Assembly: GCA_018696595.1 (NCBI GenBank)
Contig: JABHQW010000008.1
Location: forward strand, 160,001-224,000
Origin: Candidatus Woesearchaeota archaeon
GTDB taxonomy: Archaea > Nanobdellota > Nanobdellia > Woesearchaeales > GW2011-AR9
DNA: 64,000 nucleotides
Direction: 5' to 3'
Shown: piece by piece, positions 18,712 through 28,900 of the stretch
How positions within the stretch are numbered: the stretch's first letter is position 1
Layout: each line of letters starts with the position of its first letter
Translations under genes and position numbers: made by a program
The notes under the pieces: model-generated
What the model saw: the letters and a program-made list of their open reading frames with translations, nothing else
What the model was told of the DNA's origin: nothing
The model's database searches: none

Positions 18712-19923
18712 TTATTGTCCAGCTAAATCTCCACTTCCGCAATAAGCTTGCCCCCATTTAGTTTCACTTAAATAAACTGAAGTAACTAATCTTTCTTTAA
18801 ACATAGATTCTACTGATATTTGTGTTCCCGCATTAGGGACATTAACATTAGTGGGGGCATCTTTATCTTCTACTCCCTTCATTAAATCTGAACTTTCACC
18901 CACTAGTGCGGCTCCAGCTCCGAAAGTTGCTAATTTTCCCGCAATTGGTAAAAGAACGCAACCAACACCAGTAAAACCACAAGCAAATCCCATTATTGCA
19001 GATGCTCCAAGAGCAGTATAACCGGCCACCTTCATCCAATTAGTTTGTTCTTTATCTACATTCTTTGGCAAAATAGAGATAGAATAAGCATGCCTTGCTT
19101 GAATTCCGTCTTTAGGTAAAATGTTAACAAACATTCCTGGCCCACCGTAACTTTGAATATATTGTAAATAATTTAGTTTAACATCTTTCTCGCAAATTCC
19201 TTTTTCACATCTCAGATCTTTTCCCTTATGTTCTTCTTGATTACAATCAGAATCAATTTCACATGACCAACAATCATAACCCTTATCATCTTTACAAGAT
19301 TCTGGGAAATTTTCAGTCAACTCTTTTTTACATAACTTTTCATTTTTTGGTCTACATCTAGTTTTAGTTTTAACTGGGTGTTCCTCTCTCATGAATTGTA
19401 TTAATTCATCCCGACCGATAGGGTAATTATCTTCATCATTCGATTTATAATCTCCAGGATCAATATTATCAACGTCAATCATAATATTATAACAATTAAA
19501 ACATTCATTTGGTTGATTATTAATTCCTAACAAACTAGGTACGGCATGAAATTCAGAACCGCTTAAAATTTCATTATATCTTCCTTCTCCGAACATCCAC
19601 CAACATTTAGCAATTTTTTCTGCAAATAAACGTTTGATTTTTTCTCGATCTTCGGTTTTAGATTTAATATCAATTGTTTTACAAAGAACGGGAGCAGCCT
19701 TAATATTACCTTCGGCTACAGCAGAATTTAATTGTAAAGCGCTTGTAGCTCTCAGAGAAATACTACTTTGACAAAGATTTTCTTGTTGTTTAATATCAGA
19801 ACCAGACATAAATTGACCAATCGTAGTTGCTAATAAAGTAAAAGAGATTATAGAAATAATTATTTTAACTAAAGCAGCTGTTGCAATAGCCTTATTTCCA
19901 ATTCTTATTTTTTTTGTTCTCAT
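18712..19923 (-). CDS. pilin-like protein with Cys-rich insert and internal Gly/Ala hydrophobic hairpin
   Basis: GNKA/IATAALVKIIISIISFTLL; WMKVAGYTALGASAIMGFACGFTGVGCVLLPIAGKLATFGAGAALVG. Confidence 0.7.
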   Translation of the reverse strand: MRTKKIRIGNKAIATAALVKIIISIISFTLLATTIGQFMSGSDIKQQENLCQSSISLRATSALQLNSAVAEGNIKAAPVLCKTIDIKSKTEDREKIKRLFAEKIAKCWWMFGEGRYNEILSGSEFHAVPSLLGINNQPNECFNCYNIMIDVDNIDPGDYKSNDEDNYPIGRDELIQFMREEHPVKTKTRCRPKNEKLCKKELTENFPESCKDDKGYDCWSCEIDSDCNQEEHKGKDLRCEKGICEKDVKLNYLQYIQSYGGPGMFVNILPKDGIQARHAYSISILPKNVDKEQTNWMKVAGYTALGASAIMGFACGFTGVGCVLLPIAGKLATFGAGAALVGESSDLMKGVEDKDAPTNVNVPNAGTQISVESMFKERLVTSVYLSETKWGQAYCGSGDLAGQ

Positions 19924-19935
19924 TTTTTAGTTTAG

Positions 19936-21987
19936 TTATTCCTCATAAAATAAATATTTTCCAGATTCACTTTTTTCACAACACCAATCCTTCCCAGCAA
20001 CATTTAAACAACTGCCTTCTTTACGAGCTTCACATAATTTCCAATTGTGATCATCGGCACAAATAAAATCTCCTGGAATAATTGTATTTCTCCATTTGTT
20101 TTTAAGTAGACATCTAGAGTTCTCACCATCGTTTTGAATCCAAGTTTTAATTGGTCCTTCTGGACATTCCCCCGCGTTACCAGTACAATGAAATAAACTA
20201 GTAGTTCCTTGCCAAATTGACTCACCCGCAGGAATGGCTGCAGATCCGCAATCATTACTTCCTCTAGCACCATCATCATCTTCAGACATATAAACTGCAC
20301 AATTATTTGGTCCTTCATTATAATATCCGTTATGAGTCCTATAGTAATTATCACAATCATTATCCTCGCTTGGACAAATAAAAGTTCCTTCTCCAAGATC
20401 AGCAGATTTAGTTATCCCCATACCGCCTTTAGATTCTCCACCAGCACGATAATCGCAGGCAGAATAAATGTTTCCTTCAAATGTTTTACAACTATTAGGA
20501 TAATCTTCATCGTTATTTGCAAATAATTCAATCCCTTCAAATTCCATCCAAGATAAATGTTCAGTATTTTCTGCTTCCCAATCATAAATATCATTACCTG
20601 CTTCGTTTTGTCCTTTCAATTTACAAGTGTAAATAACATCTTCATTATCAACTTTCATTTTTCGGGTAAAAGGTTCAATTTCTTTTTCTGGATTTCCAAT
20701 TCCAGACTGATCACAAACATACCAGCGATGATCTTTACCATCACAAATTAATGCCCCATCCTTAGAAGCAGGCATTTGCCATTGATAATAATTTAACAAA
20801 CAAAGAGGATCTGTATTCTCAAAATTAGGCGCACCAAAAGGATAAAACATTGTAAACCGATTAGAACTAAAATCTGGAACAACTTCTCCGGGTCCAATTT
20901 CTACCCAGCCACAATCGTTCAATCCTGGATCTTGTTCAGAAATTAATAGCCAACATCCACTTTCAGGTAAAGGAAATGTTCCATCTGAGTTGGCCATGTT
21001 TTTATCAATTAAAGCTTTACAATCACCATCTTCTGTCTCATAATCTTTCAAATTATTAGCAAAAAAGTTAATTTCTCCTTCACTATTCCCATGATCTTTA
21101 ACATCACAATCCAATTCACCAGAACTTGCATCATCATTAGCGGAAATTTCTATTACACCATAACCGGTTCTCTCAGTACACTTTGTTACCTGACCATGGC
21201 CAATTTTGTAAGCAAAAGATTCTTCATCACCAGAATCTTCTAACCAATCATCGTTCATCCCATCTTCATTATCTACATAATCATTTGTTGGGAAAAAACA
21301 AATTGATCCATATTCATCATCTACTTTAAACAAAACACCGTCACTCTCAAAATTTTTTCCTTTACCATTAACCGGAGCTCTTCCAAGTCCAAAACCATCT
21401 CCAGAAACTCTAATTGCATTCCCATTATACCCTTCTTCATTATAGTAAATATTTATAGAATCCACAGGGCTATGAAATTTTCCCGAAACAGATTTCTTTT
21501 TTGCAAATTTGTTAATGAAAGTTTCAACAAGTTGTTCACTTCCTGCAATTACACAAGGCCTCATTCCTTCCACAAAGTATCTGTCAACTATTTGAGATTT
21601 GTAAGGATTAATTTCAACCCAAGTTCCGTCTACAAATTCTTCTCCTTTTTTATCTTGACCATAAGTAAAAGAAAAAGTTACTGTTTGATCCGCTTCTTCA
21701 CCAAGATCTTTTTTAAATCCACCAAAAGTTTCAAAACAATTAGTATTTTCACTCTCAGCCATAGCCATTAATGTGCTTCTCAAAGCTTTTGCTTCTACGT
21801 GAACATTTGATGGTAATAACAATTCTTCTCCTTTAATTTCTTCTAATCCAACAGAAAGGTCTGGTTTGTCAATATTATAAACCACCTCTTTAATCTCTTC
21901 AAGAGTTCCAGACTGCCACATTGCAAGAACAATAAAAGCAAATAATGCTAGAACTATTCCCAGAATCAATTTTTTTGTTACAGCCAT
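19936..21987 (-). CDS. N-terminally anchored Cys/Asp-rich surface protein with an internal domain duplication
   Basis: MAVTKKLILGIVLALFAFIVLAMW; two copies of an IE..AN.D...ND CG...C..DH.W..C module. Confidence 0.7.
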   Translation of the reverse strand: MAVTKKLILGIVLALFAFIVLAMWQSGTLEEIKEVVYNIDKPDLSVGLEEIKGEELLLPSNVHVEAKALRSTLMAMAESENTNCFETFGGFKKDLGEEADQTVTFSFTYGQDKKGEEFVDGTWVEINPYKSQIVDRYFVEGMRPCVIAGSEQLVETFINKFAKKKSVSGKFHSPVDSINIYYNEEGYNGNAIRVSGDGFGLGRAPVNGKGKNFESDGVLFKVDDEYGSICFFPTNDYVDNEDGMNDDWLEDSGDEESFAYKIGHGQVTKCTERTGYGVIEISANDDASSGELDCDVKDHGNSEGEINFFANNLKDYETEDGDCKALIDKNMANSDGTFPLPESGCWLLISEQDPGLNDCGWVEIGPGEVVPDFSSNRFTMFYPFGAPNFENTDPLCLLNYYQWQMPASKDGALICDGKDHRWYVCDQSGIGNPEKEIEPFTRKMKVDNEDVIYTCKLKGQNEAGNDIYDWEAENTEHLSWMEFEGIELFANNDEDYPNSCKTFEGNIYSACDYRAGGESKGGMGITKSADLGEGTFICPSEDNDCDNYYRTHNGYYNEGPNNCAVYMSEDDDGARGSNDCGSAAIPAGESIWQGTTSLFHCTGNAGECPEGPIKTWIQNDGENSRCLLKNKWRNTIIPGDFICADDHNWKLCEARKEGSCLNVAGKDWCCEKSESGKYLFYEE

Positions 21988-21989
21988 TT

Positions 21990-22142
21990 TTAAAAAGAGT
22001 TACTTACTTTACCTAATAAATCTTTAACTTCTTCATTTAATCCCGCATACCAAGCAATGATTGCAAACAAGAAAAGAATTGATAGGATTATCAATACTAA
22101 CATCCACGTTTCCATTCCTTTTTTTGATTTGAAGATTTTCAT
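21990..22142 (-). CDS. mini-pilin, 50 aa (absent from ORF track)
   Basis: Manual translation MKIFKSKKG/METWMLVLIILSILFLFAIIAWYAGLNEEVKDLLGKVSNSF*; fills the gap, ending 2 nt before the next ATG. Confidence 0.8.
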   Translation of the reverse strand: MKIFKSKKGMETWMLVLIILSILFLFAIIAWYAGLNEEVKDLLGKVSNSF

Positions 22143-22146
22143 TTTA

Positions 22147-22269
22147 TTATGAAGGTAAGATTCTACCTATTCTTTTGTACATTGCAAAAAGGAATAATAG
22201 GCCTAGGAAAACACAAAAAACAATAAACATCCAGGCACCGCTGGATATTCCTTTTTTGAACAGTTTCAT
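22147..22269 (-). CDS. mini-pilin, 40 aa (absent from ORF track)
   Basis: Manual translation MKLFKKG/ISSGAWMFIVFCVFLGLLFLFAMYKRIGRILPS*; TGATG stop/start overlap with the upstream gene. Confidence 0.72.
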   Translation of the reverse strand: MKLFKKGISSGAWMFIVFCVFLGLLFLFAMYKRIGRILPS

Positions 22270-22637
22270 CATCCTCCTGCTGGTTTAGTAGGTATGTCTA
22301 ATTTGACGCAGTAACTTTTGGTTCCGAATGGTTTACAATCATATTCATTCTCCTTACCACACTCAGAACCATCACTTCCTTTAGTACAAACTTTTGGTGC
22401 TCCAATGCAACAAGATTCTCCTGCTTTCTCACAACCAAATGCACCAGATGATAAAGTATTAGATGGACAATCAGAATTGGAACTACAAACACCACCCTTA
22501 TTCTCACAAGCAGATAATCCTTGCTCTAAAGGTTGAGTCTTTCCAGTAAACATTACCATCAAAATGATCATTACTACCAGAGCAATAACTGCTCCAATAA
22601 TAATCCACCACATATTTGCCGAAGCTTTCTTATTCAT
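22269..22637 (-). CDS. pilin-like protein with small Cys-knot-like C-domain (start trimmed from 22682)
   Basis: MNKKA/SANMWWIIIGAVIALVVMIILMVMFTG; CENKGGVC...CEKAGESCCIG. Confidence 0.8.
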   Translation of the reverse strand: MNKKASANMWWIIIGAVIALVVMIILMVMFTGKTQPLEQGLSACENKGGVCSSNSDCPSNTLSSGAFGCEKAGESCCIGAPKVCTKGSDGSECGKENEYDCKPFGTKSYCVKLDIPTKPAGG

Positions 22638-22638
22638 T

Positions 22639-22998
22639 TTAACTCCAAACACAGCCGCCAGATTCACAAGAATCTTTTGCACTGCTTAAAGATTTACATC
22701 TGGTAATTTCATTCTGTAAGTTAGATTTTGCTAAAGCTTCATCTTCATTAGATTCTGCTAAATTAAAACTAGCAATAAAAGTGTCTTCTGCGGTTACTCC
22801 TGGTTGACATTTGCCATACTTAATCTTCATTGCTGTTAATTGCAACTTAGTTTCTCCTGCAATATCTTCAATCTTTTGATCCGTATCTGCGGTCCTACCA
22901 GTAAAAATTACTACCAAAACAACTAGAACAATCAAAGCAATTGCTGCTATTATAATTACATTCAGAGACAAGCCCTGTCCTTTCTTATCTAAAATCAT
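22639..22998 (-). CDS. candidate major archaeal type IV pilin
   Basis: MILDKKG/QGLSLNVIIIAAIALIVLVVLVVIFTG; has its own TATA box and GAGGTG RBS. Confidence 0.8.
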   Translation of the reverse strand: MILDKKGQGLSLNVIIIAAIALIVLVVLVVIFTGRTADTDQKIEDIAGETKLQLTAMKIKYGKCQPGVTAEDTFIASFNLAESNEDEALAKSNLQNEITRCKSLSSAKDSCESGGCVWS

Positions 22999-23005
22999 TT
23001 ATTCG

Positions 23006-23060
23006 CACCTCTTTTAATAAATATTATTTATATAATAAAGAAAGGAAATTGATATATAAA
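23006..23060 (-). promoter_or_regulatory. TATA box and ribosome-binding site of the candidate major pilin
   Basis: Minus-strand TTTATATA at 23053-23060 and GAGGTG at 23006-23011, 7 nt before the ATG at 22998. Confidence 0.6.
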
Positions 23061-23100
23061 TGTTGCGAATGTTTTAAGCTAAACAAGGTGAAAAATAAAC

Positions 23101-23664
23101 TTAATCACACAAAAACAACTCGGTCTCAACTAATCCTGCTTCAGTATGGATTGGAAATAAGCCCGAACCATCCCTTTCTTTAGATTTTGGACAACCTCCT
23201 CCAGATTGAATTGGACCCATTATTAATTCTGGTTTGTCTCCGGTTGCTTTAATCAACTTTGAACGGAATACGTAACCTTTGTTCCACTCTCCCAAAGTTT
23301 CATTTAACAATAAAGTAATTTCTTTTTCAAGAAATTCACAACTATGCATCCCTTGACAAGTATACAAAGAATAACCACCAGGAGAATAATCAAAATTTTT
23401 TGCACAATCTTCCAAAATGTCTTTTCCAATTTGTGGTTTAGTCCACTTACCATAATTGTTTGTGCAATCAACATCCATCACCGTTGTTTTCATTAACGCA
23501 CTTACAGTACTATAGGCTAAACCTTTACGGGTAAATATTTTCTTTTTCCCATCTTCACTCAACGCAAACTGGGCCATAAATAACATTCCTAATGAAAGCA
23601 AGATTACAATAATCACTAAACCAATCATTTCCATTTGACCACTTTTTCTTTTACTAATTAACAT
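23101..23664 (-). CDS. class III signal peptide minor pilin-like protein
   Basis: MLISKRKSG/QMEMIGLVIIVILLSLGMLFM. Confidence 0.78.
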   Translation of the reverse strand: MLISKRKSGQMEMIGLVIIVILLSLGMLFMAQFALSEDGKKKIFTRKGLAYSTVSALMKTTVMDVDCTNNYGKWTKPQIGKDILEDCAKNFDYSPGGYSLYTCQGMHSCEFLEKEITLLLNETLGEWNKGYVFRSKLIKATGDKPELIMGPIQSGGGCPKSKERDGSGLFPIHTEAGLVETELFLCD

Positions 23665-24203
23665 TAAGAATATGCCTCCACTGTCAAATAACCTAACCGA
23701 TATTCTGGTTGTCCTTGTTCGTTATTCTCGTCCCTAATAGTTACAATGAAATAAGTTGGTTCTCTTCGGTCCCAATTCGGAACCAAAGTGCCATTCCCAT
23801 CTTCTTTAACTTTTTCTTTATCATAAATCACCCATTTATTATCAGAATTAGGATAAGTTTCAGTAATGCTAATTCTAGCATAAGAAAAGATGTTAAAATA
23901 ATAATCATCCATGTGTTTGCCAAATGTTTCGTTAGCATATTTAAGTTTCATCAAATCAAAACAATTATCTTCTGGTTCTGCTTCTCCCTTACTACAAATC
24001 AATTCTGGTAAAAATAAAGTTTTAAGAGTTGAATCCATTGCCCTAGCTGCCAGCAACTCTTCCTGTTTATCTTTAAAGGCAACTTGTTGATATTTGGCAT
24101 AAAAAATAATCCCAAACAAAATTAGAATAAAGAAAATGAATAGGACTGCAATAGTTTCAGTCATCCTAATCTGTCCTGATTTTCTTTTTTTTCTCAATCT
24201 CAT
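23664..24203 (-). CDS. class III signal peptide minor pilin-like protein
   Basis: MRLRKKRKSG/QIRMTETIAVLFIFFILILFGIIFY. Confidence 0.78.
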   Translation of the reverse strand: MRLRKKRKSGQIRMTETIAVLFIFFILILFGIIFYAKYQQVAFKDKQEELLAARAMDSTLKTLFLPELICSKGEAEPEDNCFDLMKLKYANETFGKHMDDYYFNIFSYARISITETYPNSDNKWVIYDKEKVKEDGNGTLVPNWDRREPTYFIVTIRDENNEQGQPEYRLGYLTVEAYS

Positions 24204-24204
24204 T

Positions 24205-25308
24205 TTAATATAGAGTTAAACAATCTCCCTTGGACCCTAAATTGGTGTTTGCTTCTTTTAACTTTGCAGAAGCTTCAATTAAGTCTGCACAATGATCGAA
24301 CAATATTGAACAAGCTTTAGCATTTCCTTTTAATAAGGTCAATGCTTGTTGTAAATTTGGTTCATATTGTCCCGCTTGAATATATCCCAAACAATCTTTT
24401 GTTAAAGTTTTTTCAGGACTTTCAACATAATAAAGTTCAATTTCTTTCAACTTTTGTTCATAAATTTCTAACAAAAAGTTAAAACGTTTGAACACTTTCA
24501 TCATGTTACATTGATAAATGTTAGAATCTTGTGAAAAAATGGCTGCATATTTTGCAGCATCTCTTTCTCCCCCTAAAGAAATAATTGCAATCTTATCCCC
24601 TGCTTTTCTCCAACTATTACCTTCTTTCTGAAAATATTGGGCAGAATGAGTGCCAATAAAAGAGATTGCCGTAACCTTATCATCATCCATCAAAGTAGTT
24701 TTATCTGGAACAGGCAAGCCTTCTTGAACAGATCCCGTTAAATCAATAATTCTTATTTGAAAGTTTTTTTGTGGGTCAACAGAGTTTAAATCAGGAATTG
24801 GAATAACATTAAGCCCAGTGGTAGAATTCAAAAATTCTTCTGCAAACGCATTATTACCTAAAACAAAATATTTAGTGTTCCAAGAAGTTACAAACATTAA
24901 ATCAATTACTTTGAATGGTAATTTGTAAGGCAAACTCCACAAAATCAATTGAGTGGTCTTAATTTCTCTCGGTGAAAAAATAGGATCCACCACGTTCTGG
25001 GCGGGGCTACCTTTGTCCCGAATTCCAAATTCACTAACACTTTCATCACAATTAAAATAAAGAGTATAATCCACTAATCCACTAGTGTCAATAAAATTCT
25101 TTGTTTTCTCTGATACCCCTGCACCTGTAAAAATAGATTCCATTATTCTCACAACATCATATGCAAGGTTCTCTTCTGAAACCTTTTGTTGTTTCATCAC
25201 AATCCCAAAGAAGAATAATAAAATTACGCCCCCAGCAATTAAAACATAGAACCAATTAAAAGTAACTTGAATTTGTCCTTTCTTTGTTTTGTTTTTTTTA
25301 AAAGCCAC
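24205..25308 (-). CDS. class III signal peptide minor pilin-like protein, 367 aa
   Basis: KTKKG/QIQVTFNWFYVLIAGGVILLFFFGIV. Confidence 0.78.
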   Translation of the reverse strand: MAFKKNKTKKGQIQVTFNWFYVLIAGGVILLFFFGIVMKQQKVSEENLAYDVVRIMESIFTGAGVSEKTKNFIDTSGLVDYTLYFNCDESVSEFGIRDKGSPAQNVVDPIFSPREIKTTQLILWSLPYKLPFKVIDLMFVTSWNTKYFVLGNNAFAEEFLNSTTGLNVIPIPDLNSVDPQKNFQIRIIDLTGSVQEGLPVPDKTTLMDDDKVTAISFIGTHSAQYFQKEGNSWRKAGDKIAIISLGGERDAAKYAAIFSQDSNIYQCNMMKVFKRFNFLLEIYEQKLKEIELYYVESPEKTLTKDCLGYIQAGQYEPNLQQALTLLKGNAKACSILFDHCADLIEASAKLKEANTNLGSKGDCLTLY

Positions 25309-25349
25309 TTTATCTTTGTCAATATCTAGTCCAGGTTTCTAACAGTAAA

Positions 25350-25895
25350 CTAACTTTGTAAACCGGCTTTAGAAACCTCGGTTTTGTCTCCTTTACCTTC
25401 TAAAACAACCGAAAAAGTTCCCCCATAAATCTTCTCGCAAAGAAAACCAATATTTTCTTCAGTTTTTTCATCATAAACACTAATTTCATAAACCTTAATT
25501 GGAACTTTTGCTTGAGGTTTTAAGAAAACATTTTGATCTACAAAACTATAACCGCCTTCTTCTTTTGCTTGCTCCCAGATATCACAGGCAGCTTGGTCAA
25601 AATCGCACAATTCTTGCAATTCACCAGGATCATAATTATAATTCATATCAACAAAACAAATTTGTTCAAAGTTTCCGGGGATATTATAATTTTCAATCCT
25701 AATAGAACCATATTCTGTGTAAATCTTCTTAACAGATTTTTCCAAATCGGTTTTAAATTGAACGAAAGCAACTTCATTACCACTATCAATAAAATCTGAA
25801 ACGGTTTTATAACCAAAAATCATGATTAGGGCGAAAGTTATTGCCGCAACAATAAAAATAAATACTTGTCCAATGCCCATTCCTTTTTTATTCAT
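25350..25895 (-). CDS. class III signal peptide minor pilin-like protein
   Basis: MNKKG/MGIGQVFIFIVAAITFALIMIFGY. Confidence 0.78.
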   Translation of the reverse strand: MNKKGMGIGQVFIFIVAAITFALIMIFGYKTVSDFIDSGNEVAFVQFKTDLEKSVKKIYTEYGSIRIENYNIPGNFEQICFVDMNYNYDPGELQELCDFDQAACDIWEQAKEEGGYSFVDQNVFLKPQAKVPIKVYEISVYDEKTEENIGFLCEKIYGGTFSVVLEGKGDKTEVSKAGLQS

Positions 25896-25911
25896 TCCAA
25901 ATTCACCTGAT

Positions 25912-28900
25912 TTATTTCTTTCTTTTTTTACTAATCTTTTTTAAATCTGAAAAAATATCTTTAGCTTCCTCTTTTTTAACAACAGTCTTAATGTCCTTAT
26001 TCTGTGTCTTTTTTGCAATAGATTCAAGTTTGTTAAAAATACTTTTTTCTTCTTTTCTCAAACCTGGTTTGATTGTTTCTTTATGTTTAGTGTAAGTAGT
26101 AGCTAAATCTTGTAACTTATTCAAATGTGGTGCTTTTTTACTCAAGAATCTATCAACGTGAGGTATTTTTTTGGAATTCTTACCAAACTTACCAAAAACT
26201 TCTTGCCTTTTTCTTTGATCTAACTTTTGCCCTCGTGATTTCTTTAATTGTAATAATTTATCTTTCCAACCAACAAAAAGTGGTTTTTTAGTTGTAACAT
26301 TTGACCTAGTTCCAGCAACAGTAACTGGCTTACCGTAATTTGTTCTTTTAACCCCTGATTGAACAGCTCCTTTCTGGGCAGTAGGAGAATAAAAATAATA
26401 ATAAATTAAATATCCACTTCCCCCAATAATCATCAATAATCCCAAGATTAAGAATATTATTGCTAACAAGTCTAAGAAACTTCCTTTATCAGCAGGAGCA
26501 GAATAATCCGGTATTTCTTTGTCAACTTCCTCGTCCTCTTCTACCACAGGCGGAGCATCTGCCAAACAAGGATTATATCCAGAAATATATTCCTCATAAT
26601 TGCTATAACTATCCTCATCATAATCTTCAAAGTTATCAGTAACCCCGTTATCATTGCTGTCTTCGTTAGCAAAACTTAATAAACAACCAACAGTATCATA
26701 ATTCTTTTCCCAATAGTCTGGTAAACCATCCCCATCAGTATCAATTTTCTTTTGTGATTCCGGAACTTCCCCATCAGCACAACCTAATTCATTAACTGTT
26801 TCTCCAGGGTCAGACTCCTTACATTCATCACAACTATCAGAAACGCCATCTCCGTCAGAATCACTAAAGACGATTTTCTTTTCATCAGTGTGGTTATTGC
26901 CCATGTTATCCTCAACATAATAACAAATCCAGCTTGTTTTGAATAGTGAAATCTTTTGACCAGCATAAGTTTTATTCAAATCGCAGAATTTTGAAGAAGG
27001 ATGTTTACCATAAAGAAAATCTTGACAACCAATTGAATCTTCACAAACCATTTCCACTTCCACTTTGTTACAAGAAGAATCATTTATTTGAAATTTAATT
27101 ACCGGTGCATCTTTATCTTGCTGACAAACAGAATAATTATTACTAACAATAAGAACTCCATCACTTTCAGCAAAGTCTCCTTCATTACCAGCAGCATCAA
27201 TTGCACGAACTTTAACTTTGTAATTGTTGCTTTTAACTAAATCTTTAGTTGGTATCTTCAGAGGCAAGTCGGGCCCTAATTCTCCACTTAAAACTAAATT
27301 TTTAGAGGCAAATGTAGTTTGTTCAGTGCCATTATCATTTTCAGTATTAATCTTATTATTTTCGGCACTAGCATTATTTAGATTTTTTTGTTGTTGATAA
27401 TAATCGCTCCAAGAGGTTCCCGTAGACCCACTTTTCTCTTCTTCTTCAACCTTTTGTTTAGTTTCAGAATCTTGTCCTAAATCATAAACTTCATAATAAT
27501 AAGAACTAATGTTACTTTCAGTAGTGTAAACCATAACATTAACATAATCACTCCCACAAGTTAAATTGCCATCTTCCACGTTAGTAATTTGAGGGGCAGT
27601 TACATCAAATGTAAACTTAATTTCTCCGTAAGCCGTATGGTCTCCCATAACACATTTAACAGGAATTAAATAATCTTTTTCTTCCGAAATTGTAATTGGG
27701 GAACTATGAATTTGTGTGTTTTCTCCCTCAGTAAAAGGAACATATCCTGCGCCCAATAAATCATATTCACAAAATGCATCTTTGGAAGTTTCAACAGATA
27801 AAGTAATATTATTTCCTTGAACATAACCGCTTGGTAATAAACTACCCTCAATAATAAATCCTAATTTTGAATAATCAACAATGAAATCTATCTCTTCAAC
27901 TTCTGATAAGTCTCCCGCCCCATTCTTACATTGAGTAAGAAGGTTATACTCTTTAGTTGGCCCAGCAAAGTTAATGTTAAACACACTAAGATGGAAGAAA
28001 TTCAATTCTTTCTCTTCCATTCCTGGAAATGAATATTCCATATCTAAGAACTGGTCAATTCCTTGACCTTCAGAATTTTCACTATACTTACATAAAGTTT
28101 TATCGTCTGTTTCAACATTTAATTCTGTAATAGTTCCTTCAAACACTTCATCGGGATTAGCATAAGCATCAATTACTTTCGGCGCAGTCGGGTCATATTC
28201 TAAATAAATAATTTGTTCCGGACCAATCACTTGGTCATAATCTTTACATTTAACATAAACAGTTTTAATACAATTATCTCCAAAACAAGTATCTGGGTAA
28301 GTGGTGAACACGCTTTCAGGAAAACTTTCAAACAAATATTTGCCTTTACCATTAATTTCTCTTATTTTATGAGATGCTACAGCACCATAATCAAAATCTG
28401 AAGTGAAATCAAACCTACATTCAATAGTTGGCGCTCTTGTAAAGAATTGCCAATCAAAGATTGGTTTATTACTAATTCCCCACTGCCCTTCGAGATAATA
28501 ATGTAGTTCTGGCAATTCTAAAGTAATCCCATAACCTTCTATTAAAATGTCTCCACACATTGGTTGATAAACTGGGTTATCGGCCTTATCAACCGCATAA
28601 TAACAAATTCTAGTTGATTCAATAAGTTCTAATGTTGAAGAATATTCTGAGTATTCTGCATTATTAATAAAATCACAATCTTCTCCTAAACAATAAAGAA
28701 TATTAGCGCAATCAAACCCTTCAGCCATACAAGAAAAATCAACATTAGCATATTCAATAAAGTATTCTTCCCAATTGAAAACCGTTGGTTTTACATCCGG
28801 ACGAGACCCTTCAGTTAAAGTTACTTGTACATTAGGAGGAGTAAAATCAACAACAAAATTGTAATAATCTTCATAAACTTCAGTTTCATTAAATAGTTCT

